DNA from: Zygnema circumcarinatum SAG 698-1b
Lineage: Eukaryota > Plantae > Zygnematophyceae
DNA length: 64,000 nt
NCBI GenBank assembly: GCA_037447605.1
Contig: CM074818.1
Span: 1,748,617-1,812,616 of the forward strand
Direction of reading: 5' to 3'
Each line of letters opens with the position of its first letter. The stretch's first letter is position 1. Below the pieces are notes generated by a model. The model was given only the letters and a program-made list of their open reading frames with translations. It was not told the DNA's origin and did no database searches. Made by a program: the position numbers and the translations under genes. Shown here piece after piece: positions 24,617 to 36,965 of the stretch.

Positions 24617-27499
24617 CTCCCCCCCCCCCCCCCTCCCTCTCCCCCTCTCCAGCGCCTCCGTGGAGGGTGCGAAGATCGACGCGGCGGTGCAGGAGCTGTA
24701 CCGCTACCTCCAAAGCGTGCCGGCGGCGAAGGCCACCGCGGAGGCGCTCATGGCCGAGGCCGCGAAGGCGCCCGGGGACGACTCCATCGCCGACGACCTC
24801 ACCATGGCGCGCCTCGCAGCCACCTTGGGCCGCTCCATTGCGAGGGGGCCTCCCGACGCGTCCCGCAACTTCAGTAAGATGCATTCAAGCAACGAAGAGA
24901 TACGGAAAAACGGGGACGGGGAGGGGGGCGAAAGGGGGAGAGGAGGGAGAAGGGATGTTGGGGGGGGGGGGGGGTCACATTGTTAAGGCATTCACCTCCT
25001 CTCTCTATCCATCTCCTCTTCCCTCTCCCCACTTCCCACCTCTACTCTACCTGCCACTCCTCCCTCCTCACACCCTACTCTAAGGGCACTCATTGTGTAC
25101 CCTCGCATGATGCTGCTTTGAGTTAACGTTGTTATATTGCCCTCAAGTTCGTATAAAAGTCATCGGTCCGCCCTTTTCTCCTAACCCTCCTTTTGCTCCT
25201 CTCCTTAACATGTACATTTTTCACCTCATATCTGTGCAGCCAAGAACTTCGTAACTCTGCCCCTTTTCATAGCCACCAATCGAAACGTTCTGGAGAAAGT
25301 CGTAACCAAAGGACTCTTGTGGGGCACAATAAGGTCGAAGCAAGTCAGTTTCGGAGAAGTGAGAGTGAGCCTTCCTAACTCCTTCAGTTACGGCAGCACA
25401 AAGGGGGGCTCTTGGAGCTACTCGGATACCCGCGAAGGTCCGGACGCAAGTGAGATCGTCGTTGAGTCTTCCGTCATAATGAAGGTGAGAATGCTTATCA
25501 ATGATTGGTCAACCCCTCAGGTCTGGAGGCTCTGAGGTCGATCTAGTTGACGGTATTGCTGGCTTGGCACTCTCTCTCTCTCTCTCCCTCCCCTTCTCCC
25601 TCCCCACCCCTTCCCTCCGGCCCCTTCCTTCACCTTACTTGAGTTGATAATTTTTTCCTTAATTTATTCCTTTTTTGTATCTTTAGGAAGATGCGTGGAT
25701 GACCCGTTTGAAGACGATCCGAGCAGCGGTGAAGGAGAAAGAAGCGGTGGTGTTCGTGCATGGCTACAACTCCAATGCTCTCGATGCCTGCCAGAGCGCA
25801 GCTCACGTGAGCTCACTCCTTCCTCTCCCACAGTCCCACTATCGGTACTTCCAATAGTAGCCGAAGGTCCTCTTCGTCTAGAAAGCAATTTCCAACACAA
25901 CGAAGTCTTGCAATGTTTTTCTCCGTTCTTCTTCTTTTCTTGTGTCCCTTTCACTTTTATGTCTCTTTTCACTCTCATCCACGCTGCTCCATGATTGGTT
26001 CGTAAAGCTATGCATGCATGCATGAGGCTCATACATGAGTCATGGGAGCCATGCAGATTGTGTACTCCGGAAACTTCCAAGCTCCATGCTTTGTGTTCAG
26101 CTGGCCGTCCAATTCGACCCTGAATGGGTACACCGCTGACGAAGCCAACGTGATGTGGGCCCTCGAAGACTTCATGAGCACATTGACGTGAGTAAGCCTT
26201 TGAAATTTAAAGCATCTGATTGATCGTAAACAGATGCTCTGATTAACCCAACCTCTTTCGGTGTTCTTTTGTTCGTAACCGTTTTCCACATCCCAAGTTG
26301 GGATCGTTAATTAACATTACTCTCTTCTCAATGCAGGAAGCTGAAGACTGAGTTGGGCATAGAAAAGGTACATCTGTTCGGTCACAGCATGGGCAGCCGA
26401 CTCGTCCTCTACTCCCTTCGTATGCAGCCGAACCCGGAAGTCGGAGGACTTCCCAAAATTGGCCAAGTAAGGGCATATACACTGTCTGTCAGACCCCCCT
26501 AATCACAAAACGGCGGAGGAATTCCCTCCCTCCCTCCCTCCCTCCCTCCCGCTGTGGTCTCTAGTGGCTTAAGAAGGGGTCAGTCAGTCTCGTCGGTTTG
26601 CGATCTATTGATGTTTGGATTGTTTTGCTTCTTCCGAATATTGGTAAACAGGTCGTACTGGCTGCGCCGGACTTCGACCGTGGCGAATTTTCGAAAATAT
26701 CGCCGAGCATTGCAAAGAACTGCGAAGGCGTGACTCTCTACAACTCGCAAGATGACATGGCCCTCGATGCCTCGGAGTATGTGGCACCCTCTCCATTCCT
26801 TTTATCCCTCTCTTCCCTCTTCTTTGCTAACTCCTTAAACCCTCACTACCCCGACTCTGAACCCCCTTTGAACTAAAGTGCCTCCTGCTCCCCTCCCAAC
26901 TCCGTGCAGAGTACTCCACGGCAACCCACGTCTTGGCGATTTCGACGGTATCCCCGAATTGGCCGCCAAAAAGGAAATTCCAAAGCTGCAAAAGCTTGTA
27001 GCCATTGACACTGCGAACATCGACAACACGTTTTTGGGACACAACTATGTGTTCAATGTCTCCGCTATCACTGTCGACTGCGCTTTGGTGAGAACCACGA
27101 ACCCTACTTTCATGCAGATCATTTCACTACGGATGTTTAGGTGGCTGTTGCGAGCACAGGAAGGAGAGAAAAGGGGGTTTAAAGAGCGAGGCACACTCGT
27201 CTGGAAGAGAGAGAGAGAGAGAGTGGGAGAGGGAGAGAGAGAGAGAGAGAGAATCGGAAGAATTTTCGATCAAAGAATGCGTGAAGTTTTCAAAGCGAGT
27301 AAAGGTTTTTTGTGGTGGTATTCGTGTGCAGGTCCTCCGTTTTGGCCTTCCTCCTACAGCACGGACGAGCCTTGAAAAGAAGACCCTCGCAGACGGCCAA
27401 GACTACTGGGCGCTGAAGGACGTCGCGGAGAACCCCATTCTACTGCGAGAAGCAACCGCCCCATTGGAGGACTTTGCCCTGCAGACTGCGAGTGCCTAG
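22721..27499 (+). CDS. DUF900 alpha/beta-hydrolase paralogue B (~546 aa); exon 1 present twice (22721-23043 and 23747-24069), then 24653-24873, 25240-25484, 25687-25806, 26057-26187, 26337-26466, 26652-26776, 26910-27087, 27332-27499
   Basis: Same motifs (IATNR, VFVHGYN, FSWPS, GHSMG, LAAPDFD, HGNPRLG, GHNY) and the same exon phases as paralogue A. Ala/Ser-rich plastid-like transit peptide ending SVTVNA-FWPF. Confidence 0.88.
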
Positions 27500-28848
27500 A
27501 CTTCGTCTTGTTTGAAAATAGCCTCTAAGGAAGAGGCTTTCCAAACTTGGTGAAACTCTACGAGTGTTAGAATGTTAATATAGGTCAGTTTGGGGCTTGC
27601 TTAATGGCGGTAATGTTAATCTGTTGGTGTTGTCTATGTGTTTGTTTGTGATTTAATGGGACTTAACCCTTGTCTACATTCAATGTTCTCCCCCGCCCCC
27701 CCTCCTTTGGTGTGAATTCTTGCTGGACGATTGCTATCTACGACCACCACTCCTACCTCCATTCATGCCATTCATGCCATTCATGCCATGCCTTCATTCA
27801 TGCACACCTCGCCAATGTGGCGAACTACCACAACCTGATGGCACCCCGTCTATAGGTCCTTCACCTCTATGGATGCATCCATCTATGGAGATGCATGCCA
27901 TGGATGCATGGGTGGCATGCCATGGACGCATGCCATGGATGTATGGGTGGCATGCATCCCCAGCCATGCGGGGGTCACGCCCTCATCCTCGGGTCGGCCC
28001 CCACTGCTTCCTTCATCCACCCGAGGACGCCTCTCGTTGATACTTTCCTTCTGAGTGGTTCCATCCCACGCCCTGAAGGCAAAGGCCCTCCCTCTCCTGT
28101 TACATGATCCAAGCTGCCAATGGTTGGCACTTCCCGTGTTGGCTCGCTTTGGGGCATGCATGGAAACAATGAAACAATGCAACAATGTTGGGCGCCCTTA
28201 GGAAAGATCCCACTCGATACGACGTCCGCGACAATATTCCGATACGATATGTTACGATACGCAACTGGAGGCGCACCACAAAGCACTAAAAGCGCATCCC
28301 AAATCTGACGTCAACCAATACGGCAAAATCTTGCCCATGCGACAAAAATGCCGCCCGCTAGGCCGCCTTGGGTGCCGATTGTCCACGTGGCATGTGCCAC
28401 GTCGAAATTGATAAAAATCTCCAAATGTGATTTGGGGTGTGTTTTGATCGATTAACGGTGCTCTTATTCATATCCCGGTACAGGAAAGTATATGTGATCA
28501 GATACTGCGAGGCAATTGTGAACTCTCGATACGATACGATACAATACGATTGGTTCGTTCCAGCCCCGCGCTGCCCGAGGCTCTCCACGGCGTGAAGGGA
28601 GGGAAGGGAGGGAAGGGAGGGAAGGGAGGGAAGGGAGGAAGAGAAGAAGGATGGGAAGGATTTCGGCGCGTAATTTGAGACAATTTTAGGGTTGGCGCTT
28701 GGCACGGAATGTTCTGACGAACTCAAAAGAAAAGACAGGGAGAAGGGAAGGGAGTGAGACAGAGGGAGAGGGATAAGGAAGGGAAGGAGAGAGAGAGGGG
28801 GAGAGAGGTAAGAGAGGGAAAAAGAGAGAAAGAGGGAGAGAGAGAGAG

Positions 28849-30989
28849 ATGATGCCGGGCGGGGGCACCACTCTCTCCGACATCTACTCCGGCGCGCAGC
28901 GCGCGAAGCTGGAGCTGCGCGCGGCGCTGGAGCGGCTCGAGAAGGGCGAGGCGCTGCAGGGGGACGCGCTCGCGCTCGGGCCCGATCCGACGGACCACAT
29001 GCGCCGGAAGCTGGCGGAGCTGCAGAGATCGACGGCGGAGATGGACCGCATGTGGCGCTCGCAGGTGCACCGGCAACAACTGTGGAAAAGGTGGGAGGGG
29101 GGGGGAGCGGAGGGAGGGAGGAGGGGGGAGGGGAGGGAGGGGGAAGAGGAAGGGAGCGGAGGGAGGGGGAGGGAGGGGAGGGAGGGGGAGGGAGGGGGAG
29201 GGAGGGGGATGAGGGGGGAGAAGGAGGGGGAAGAATGGGGAAGAGGGGGGAGAGGGAGGAGGAAGAGGGAGGGAGCGAAGGGAGGGGGTGGGAGGGGGAA
29301 GAGGGGGAGAAGGGATAGAGAGGGGGAAATGGGGGAGGGGGAGGGGAGGGGAACAAGGAGTGGAAGAGAGGAGGGAGAGAACAAGAAACATTGAAAAACC
29401 AAACAAACCGAAACTTGAAGCCTTAATATTCTGCATTTCTTGAACTTCTGATACGTTAGAATCTGAAACGTTAAGGGTTTAATGCACCTTTTCCGGATGT
29501 GAAGAGGTATCCTCATATTGTCAGACAATGACGTATTTTTTCCTTTTTATTTAACGAGTGTAACAGCGATTTTTTTTTTTTCCTTCTCTTTTGTTTAGAT
29601 ATCTCTTGAGTGGAGTTGGGTAGAATTGTGACGCTGAAGTTTGGGGGTGCAAATTAGGGTTTGCTCAGTTGCAGGTGGACATAATTGTCTGTAAATTTTC
29701 AGTTAGATGTTGTTCTTTCATGATGCATATTCTGCGTGTATTTGAACCTAGTAATTACATCAACCGATAGGTTCCAATTCTCTTTAGTTGAAGTCTCAAG
29801 TCTTAGAACCCTAACCTTTCCTTAACCCTTCAACCCAAACCTCTAAGCACGAACCTCTGAACCCTAATTTTCTGTTTTCTGCAGGAAAATAGAAGTGATA
29901 GCAGAAGAGGCGGAGGCTCTCCGTCAGGGCCTTGAGAAGTATTTGGTGAGAGAGAACAAGCGGCAGAGGGAGGCCAAAGAGAGGGCGGACCTCATCGGGC
30001 GGCAAACTGCGAACGAGGGGGCACGTGTGTTTACGGAGTTCGAAGCGGAACAGAGAGACATGGAATCCGCAAAGAACTCCTCAAAGATGTTGGAGGACAT
30101 GCTCAACACGGGGTTTGAAACTCTCAAGCGGATGGCGGAACAGCGGGAGCTTTTGAAGGTGGGCACATATGTCTTTTTCTCTCTCTCTCTCTCTCACTCT
30201 CTCTCTCGTCTTGATCGCTCTTGCTCTCGCCCTCCCTTTTTTTCTCTATGTCATATCGTGTGTCTCTCTCTCTCCATAGTCTTCCTCGTTTCGTTGGGAG
30301 TGTCCTCCTTCGTGCACGTCTTTTTAGTCCACTTTACCCCTCCAGTTTCGTTCTCTTTATCTCGTTCTCTCTCTCTCTCGCTTTCTTTGCCTTCTCTCTC
30401 TCATTCTCGTTATTCACTATACAATATCATATGTGTTTTGGAGTGACCTCCACCTCCCCTTCTCTCTCCCCCTCCACCTTCCCCTCTCCTTCACGCTTCC
30501 TCTCTCCTTTCTTCACGCTTCCTTTCTCTTTCCTCCCTTACCCCCTTTCACGCGCCCTCCCTCCTCCCCCCCCTTCCCCTTCCCCCTCCCCTTCCCCTTC
30601 CCCCTCCCCCTCCCCTTCCCCTTCCCCCTCCCCCTCCCCTTCCCCTTCCCCCTCCCCCTCCCCTTCTCCCTCTCCCTCTTCCTCTCTCCCTTCCCCTCCG
30701 CTCCCTCTCGCCCCTCCCTCTCTCCCTCCCCCCCTCCCTCTCTCCCTCTCTCCCTCTCTCCCTCTCTCCCACTCTCCCTCTCCCCCCCTCTCACCCGCAA
30801 GCCGTGTTGGGGCGGGTGGGTCTGCAGGGTGCCCAGCGGAAGGCTTTGGACGTTCTGAACTACATCGGACTGTCGGACACAGTTCTGAAGAAGATCAATC
30901 GCCGGCAATGGACGGACAGGATCGTATCGTACGGAGGGATGCTCCTCGTCCTCGCCGTCGTCTTCACTGTCTGGCGATTCACCCATTGA
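28849..30989 (+). CDS. Membrin (Qb-SNARE, GOSR2/Bos1/MEMB11 family); exons 28849-29090, 29885-30158, 30828-30989, 225 aa
   Basis: N-terminal GGTTLSDIY...LERLE, LWKRKIEVIAEEAEAL, SNARE helix MLEDMLNTG...EQRELLKGAQRKALDVLNYIGLSDTVLKKINRRQWTD, and a C-terminal transmembrane segment. Confidence 0.93.
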
Positions 30990-31684
30990 TTTTTTTCATG
31001 ATCAATTCCCAAAGAATTTTGACAAGGAAAAATAGCAACGAAATTGGAAAAAAAGGAAGAAGAACATGTTGATATATATCTGCTGTATTTGTAGAAAAAA
31101 GTTTTTTTTTTTCTTGTTCTTTTTTTGGGCAAGGGCTTGCCAACGGTATTTTTCATAGGTGTACTATGTAAAGGGGTGTTACTTTTTTTAGGGTTTTCGG
31201 ATGATGTTTATAAGAGTTGGGGGGGTTAACGTAATTGTCCTTTCTGTCCAAAATAAGAGTTTTTGTTATTGACTTCGGAAAAGGCGTCCTTGTTGTACCA
31301 TGAATGAAATATTGAAATATTGAAATCTTTTTTTACACCAAGCCAACACCTGGAGGCCCTTGAGTAGTTGAAACATTCCTCTCACTTCTCGCTCATCGCC
31401 ATCATTACTGCCACATTCCTCACACTATTTACGCGTCCCACCCACTTCCGCACATCCCTCTATTATACACTACATACACACTGCAAACATCAAACTCTCC
31501 AGCATTCAGCCACAACCCTCCCTCAATGAAGTGCGCCCCCCTCTTGTCTATGAGTGCACTACTCAAAACCTGCACCCTCTCCCTCTGCCTCTCCCTCCTC
31601 TCCCTCTCCCTCTCCCCGTCCCTGTCCCTCTCCCTCCTCTCTCTCCCTCCTCTCCCTCTCCTCCCTCTCCCTCTCCCCCACAGC

Positions 31685-32348
31685 TCACAATATGGGATGC
31701 ATCTGTGCGAGCCTGAGCCCCCCATCAACGGTGATGTCGGCCCCGGTGATGTACGCCCCTGCATCACTCACAAGCAGGAGCAGGGCGCCGTCCAGATCGC
31801 GATCAAGATCGCCAATCCGACGGAGGGGAGTGGACGCATTGTAGAACGGTTCAACAACGGACGCGAACGAGCCCGTCATTCCCGTCACAAAGAACCCCGG
31901 AGAGATCGTGTTAACCCTAATTCCGTAGGGGCCCAGTTCCAACGCGAGGCTGCTCACAAAGCACAACAATAGAAATGAGATTTGAGACAGTAAAGGGGGT
32001 GAAGGGGAGGGACAAGGAGAGAGGGAGGGAGAAGGGCAGGGAGGGTGGAAGGGGGGACGAGGGAGTGGGAAGGGGAGAGCGGGAGAGAGACGCACAAGCC
32101 CACGCATCTAAGTCCTAACTTCATCCCACATCTACGTCCTCACCACCTCCACCTCCTTCTCGAATACACTTTAAGGCTTTCAAACGGTTCTCAGTACTCT
32201 ACAGACACAGTATACCTAAAACACATAAAAAACAAAAAACACCTTAAACCCTCTCCCCTCTCTCCTCTCCCCTCCCCCCTCCCCCCTTCCCGCCTTAAAA
32301 GCCCCTTAAACCTTAACCCCTCCCTTCCTCCCTCCCTCNNNNNNNNNN

Positions 32349-32410
<62 letters not shown>

Positions 32411-33542
32411 CGCAAGCCGTACCTGCGCAGTTGACCAGGATGTCGATGCCTCCAAACTCCTCCCACGCCTCGTCCACAAAGGCGGCGATGACGCTCTCGG
32501 GGGCGGTCACGTCCAGTGGTTTCGCGACAGCTTTTCCCTCCCCCGCCCCCTCATTGGCCGCCGCCTCATTCATCTCCGCCACCGCCTCCCGCAGCGCCGC
32601 CTCGTTGAGGTCCGCCGCCGCCACGTGGGCGCCCTCGCGCACGAGCTGCAGGGCAGAGGGGAAACCCTAAAATCCATGGAGTCGCCAAACCCTAAACCCT
32701 AAAAGCGTATACCCTAAACCATAAAAGCCTAAACCCAAAATCCTACAAGCCTAGGCCCTTACCCTACAAGCCTAACCCCTAAAAGCTTAACCCCTAACCC
32801 TAAAAGCCTAACCCCTAACCCTAAAAGCCTAACCCCTAACCCTAAAAGAGTAGACCTTAACCCTAAAATCCTAAACCCTAACCTTAAAAGCCTAGACCCT
32901 AACCCTTAAAGCCTAGGCCCTAAGCGTAAAACCCTGAAACCCTACACCCTTACCCTAATACCCTAACCCTAAAATCTTTACGCTAAATCTTAGTCCCTGA
33001 AGCATAGTGACTTGTATCAAACTTACCTAAAACTTAAGTAAACTTCAACTGAAGTTCTAATCCCCGTTTCCTTTTTGAAACTCTGAAGCCTGAACCTGAA
33101 ACAGTATATAAAACTTATCCTAAATTTGAATTTTTAAGACTTGAATCCTGAACCGTCAAAGTCAGAGTGAATCCTGAACCCTGAAACCTCAAGGATTCTA
33201 GGTTTTCGAAAGCTTAAGGTCAGGATTTAACCTTAAACCCTAAACCCCAAGTTTCTGTACGTAATCTCTCGAATTTTCGATTCAATTCCATACTTTTTGA
33301 AACCTGCAAATTCCGTACTTCTGAAACTCGCAACGTCAAATTCCGTACTTCTAAAACGGGAACTTCAAACTCCGTACTGTACTTCTAAAACCCGCAACTT
33401 CAAATTCCGTACTTCTGAAACCCGCAACTTCAAATTCCGTACGTACCAGCGCCGCGAACCGCTTCCCAATTCCGCTGGCCGCGCCCGTCACAATGGCCGC
33501 CCGCCCCCGTACGGAGAACAGCTCGCTCGTACGCCCCGCCAT
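31685..33542 (-). CDS. Classical short-chain dehydrogenase/reductase; exons 33542-33447, 32645-32423, then missing middle exon(s) probably in gap 32339-32348, then ~31949-31685
   Basis: Rossmann motif AAIVTGAASGIG, GIDILVNCAG, and C-terminal LALELGPYGIRVNTISPG...ITGADITVDGG. The YxxxK exon is not visible. Confidence 0.85.
32685..32995. repeat. Degenerate (CCCTAAA)n telomere-like array in SDR intron 1
   Basis: Repeated aaaccctaa and cctaacccctaaaag units. Confidence 0.8.
33282..33442. repeat. ~30-bp minisatellite (CAAATTCCGTACTTCTGAAACCCGCAACTT), about 5 units, at the start of SDR intron 1
   Basis: Units read directly, e.g. starts at 33401 and 33431. Each contains CCGTAC or a close variant. 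Confidence 0.85.
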
Positions 33543-33684
33543 GGCTCCTCCGTACAGCGAGGGTTCCGAGTTTAAGGTGTACGGAGTCCACCGTACAGAC
33601 AGCCCGCCCGCCCGCCCGCCCGCCCGCTCGCCCGCCTGCCGCCCGCCTCTTAATGGCATGCCCACGGGCGGGCGGGCGGGCGTT

Positions 33685-33691
33685 ATTTATA
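33685..33691 (-). promoter_or_regulatory. Candidate TATA box (TATAAAT) of the SDR gene
   Basis: TATAAATAACG on the minus strand about 145 nt upstream of the ATG, next to GC-box-like GGGCGG repeats. Confidence 0.45.
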
Positions 33692-34497
33692 GGGGCGGGT
33701 GGGGAGTCCGTACAGTGTACGAGTAGTGGTCGGACGGCAAGGGAAATGCTTTCGGTCAGGCGAAAGTGGGACGGGCAGACGAAGGGAAAATAAGTTGTTG
33801 CTGAAAAAAATGGACGGTGAAGATTGAGAGTTAGAAAAGTCCGTTCACGAAATGAAATATTTCATGCCCGAATTGTTTTTTTGACTTTACAAGACGACAG
33901 ATTTGACGACCAACAGACGGAGTAAACCGGCCGTTCCGTACCCTGCCGTTGGAAGTCAGTCAGGCAATAGTTAACCAGGCCTAAGTCACTGCCGTCGAAT
34001 AATCTGGGCCGTTCGTTCGGCCGTCGATCTCGCTTGCCGGCTGGATTCTGCCAGCCGGCAGCATCAACCTTGACCGGCCGGTTCAAAACTGGGAACTGAA
34101 ACATTCCATGCACCTTCACATGGAAACGACGCCCGGCTCCCGTTCCGTCCCGTTCCGTTCAGCGCATGGCGACGTCTCTTTGTCAAACACTTCCCGTTGA
34201 GCACAACCCTCGTCTAACATGGAACGCCCGATGTGGTGTTTGAATAATTTGTTCAACATGAAAATTCATGCCCATTTCATCCCTTAAACCCTCCAACCCT
34301 GAACCCTGCGCTTCTACTATCTCCTCTCCTCCCTTCGCGTCCTTCCATTTGCTCTATTGCTATTCTTTGCTACAGGAGGAAATTTCGGGTTTGTGGCATT
34401 TGGAGTGCCGGTACCGTTCGTTGCAAGGAGGAGCTACGATCCAGGGTTCAGGATTCAGGATTTAGGGTTTACTGAACCTAGGACATAAAATTAGGGT

Positions 34498-36802
34498 TTA
34501 GGGTTCAGGGCTTTGGGACGAGTTCGCTGCAACTTTTTGTTCGCGTTCGACATTTTCAAATAGTTGGAGCGCCGCCTCCGTGCCGAGTCCCAGCATGCTC
34601 GCGATCTCGTCCACCTGAACCCTCCAAAACCCTAAACCCTCATTAAAGGGGGCCAGAATGTAGAAAAAAACGAAGTTTTTCAGATTTCCAGTGACCTCAG
34701 CTTCTCTCTAAGGCATTTGACACCTTCAAAATTAGCGTTACGGTTTCCCCGGTTTTTAGGGTTTAGGTTTGAGGAATCAAGAAGATTAGGGTTTCAGAGG
34801 TCCAGGGTTCGAACCTTTAGGGTTGCGGGCCCTAGAGATGCATTTTCACATTTTGAGGTGCAGATTTTCGCTTTAAGGTTTAGGGTTGAGGGATCAAGAG
34901 GATTAGGGTTTCGGAGGTCCAGGGTTCGAACCTTAAGGATTGCGGGCCCTAGAAATGCATTTTCACATTTAGAGGTGCAGATTTTCGCTTTAGGGTTGAG
35001 GGTTTAGGGTTCAGGGCCCCACCCGGCGGCGCCCGCGGAGGGTCTCCGTACGAGTGCGCGCGCGCCCGTCGGGGCCGACCGCCTTCGCCACGCGCAGGTG
35101 CCGCTGGCCGTACACCGCCACCTGGCGGCCAGGGAGTGGGCCACGTGGTGGGTGTGTGTCAGAGGGAAGGAGAGGAGAGAAAGAAAGGGGGAGAGAGGGA
35201 GGGTGGGGGGGGGAAGGGGGGAAGGAGGGCAAGGGGAGGGGAGAGCGTGGGGGGAGAGAGGGGGAAGGGGGGAGAGAGGGAGGCGGGGCAGGGTGGGGGG
35301 GAGGGGGGAGGAGGGCAAGGGGAGGGGAGAGCGGGAGGGAAGAGAGAGCGCGAGAGAGGGAAGGGTGGGAGGGAAGGACGGTGGGGGGAGGGGGGAGAAG
35401 GGAAAGGGGAGAGGAGAGCGGGGAAGGGAGGGAGAAAGAAAGAAAGAGAAAGAGTGAAAGAGAGAGAGAGAGAGTGAGAGAGGGAGAGAGAGACACCCGG
35501 AACAGTAAAGGCCTTGAGAACCCTTCAAACAACTAGGATCCGCACCACCTCGAGAGCAGTGAACCCTAAAAATGACTCAAACCCTGAACCCTGAACCCTA
35601 AACCCTAAACCCTGACCCTTCGGAGGTGGAGCAGTTATACCTGCGGGAGATGTGTCACACAGAGCACCTGCAGACCTCCCGACAGAGAGAGGAAATGGAA
35701 GAAATCAGGTCAGAGAGAGAGAGAGAGAGCGAAAAGAGAGAGAGAGAGAGAGGGAGAGAGAGCAGATCTCAAAAGCACTTCAAAGCAAATCAGCAAAATC
35801 AACGGTGGTCTTCACGTTTTCACAAACCAGAACTTTAATCCAAAAACAGCCTCTCTCTACCACTCACTGGGTAACTGGTCCGAGCCTCTCCTCTCTCTCT
35901 CTCTCTCTCTCTCTCCTCCTTGTCGCATGTTTTGCCTTCTTTACCAGCTCTCAACATGCTCTCTCTCGAGCCTCCTCTCCCTCACCCCATTCCAGTCTCT
36001 TTTTCCCTCTCCTGCTCTCCGCTCCCTCTCTCCTTCCCTTCCGCCTCCCTGACCTTCCCTCTCTCTTCCCCTCCCCCCCGTCCCGTCTCTCTCCCCCTCC
36101 CCCACTCCTTCAATCTCTCCCTCTCCCTCTCCCTCCTCTCCCACTCTCTCTCTCTCTCCCCCTCCCCCCTCTCCCTCTCCCTCTTCCTCCTCTCCCACTC
36201 TCTCTCTCTCCCCCCCTCCCCCCTCTCCCTCTCCCTCCTCTCCCACTCTCTCTCTCTCTCCNNNNNNNNNNAAAAAAAAAAAAAAAAAAAACGAAAAATT
36301 AGGGTTCAGGCTCCAATGCGGGTTTTAAAAAAACCCATAATCCTTAAAAACCCTAAATGCCTTGAAAATAGCCCCTTCCGATTTAGGGTTTAGGGTTTAT
36401 TGTAACATTTTTTAGAGTTAGAGAAACGGATTCTTTCCGTACCTTATCGAGCCCTGTCTTTGTGTATCGAAAAAATGAGTTTTTGGACTCTCCCACTTCC
36501 ATAGCACGCGGAACCCTAATCAGCCCCTCCTCTACGAGGAGAGAAGCTCCCTCCTCCTCCTCCCCCTCTCCCTCTTCTCTCTCCTCTCCCTCTTCTCTCT
36601 CCTCTCCCTCTCCCTCCCCCTCTTCCTCTCCATCCTCTTCCGCGGCTTCTCCCTCTCCGTCTCCGTCTCCCTCTCCCTCTTCACTATGGGAAGCCACGAA
36701 CACCTTCCGAGATAATGAATTTCGGTTCTGGTTTGTTCTGCTCTGCTGCAGAAGCTCAGATCTGGGCGTAGCCTTCTCCTGAGAGAGAGAGAGAGAGAGA
36801 AC

Positions 36803-36866
<64 letters not shown>

Positions 36867-36921
36867 AAGAGAGAGNNNNNNNNNNAGAGAGAGAGAGAGA
36901 GAGAGAGAGAGTGAGAGAGAA

Positions 36922-36965
<44 letters not shown>

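Noticed and set aside
31950-32422. SDR pseudogene (no YxxxK exon; stop-containing WDEVRT*MRG-like stretch)
   Set aside because: Gap 32339-32348 lies in this intron and the flanking exons are intact. The resemblance of the stretch is too weak.
35668-36442. Loss of the RecN ABC signature and Walker B motif
   Set aside because: The missing exons map exactly to gap 36262-36271, so their absence cannot be taken as real.
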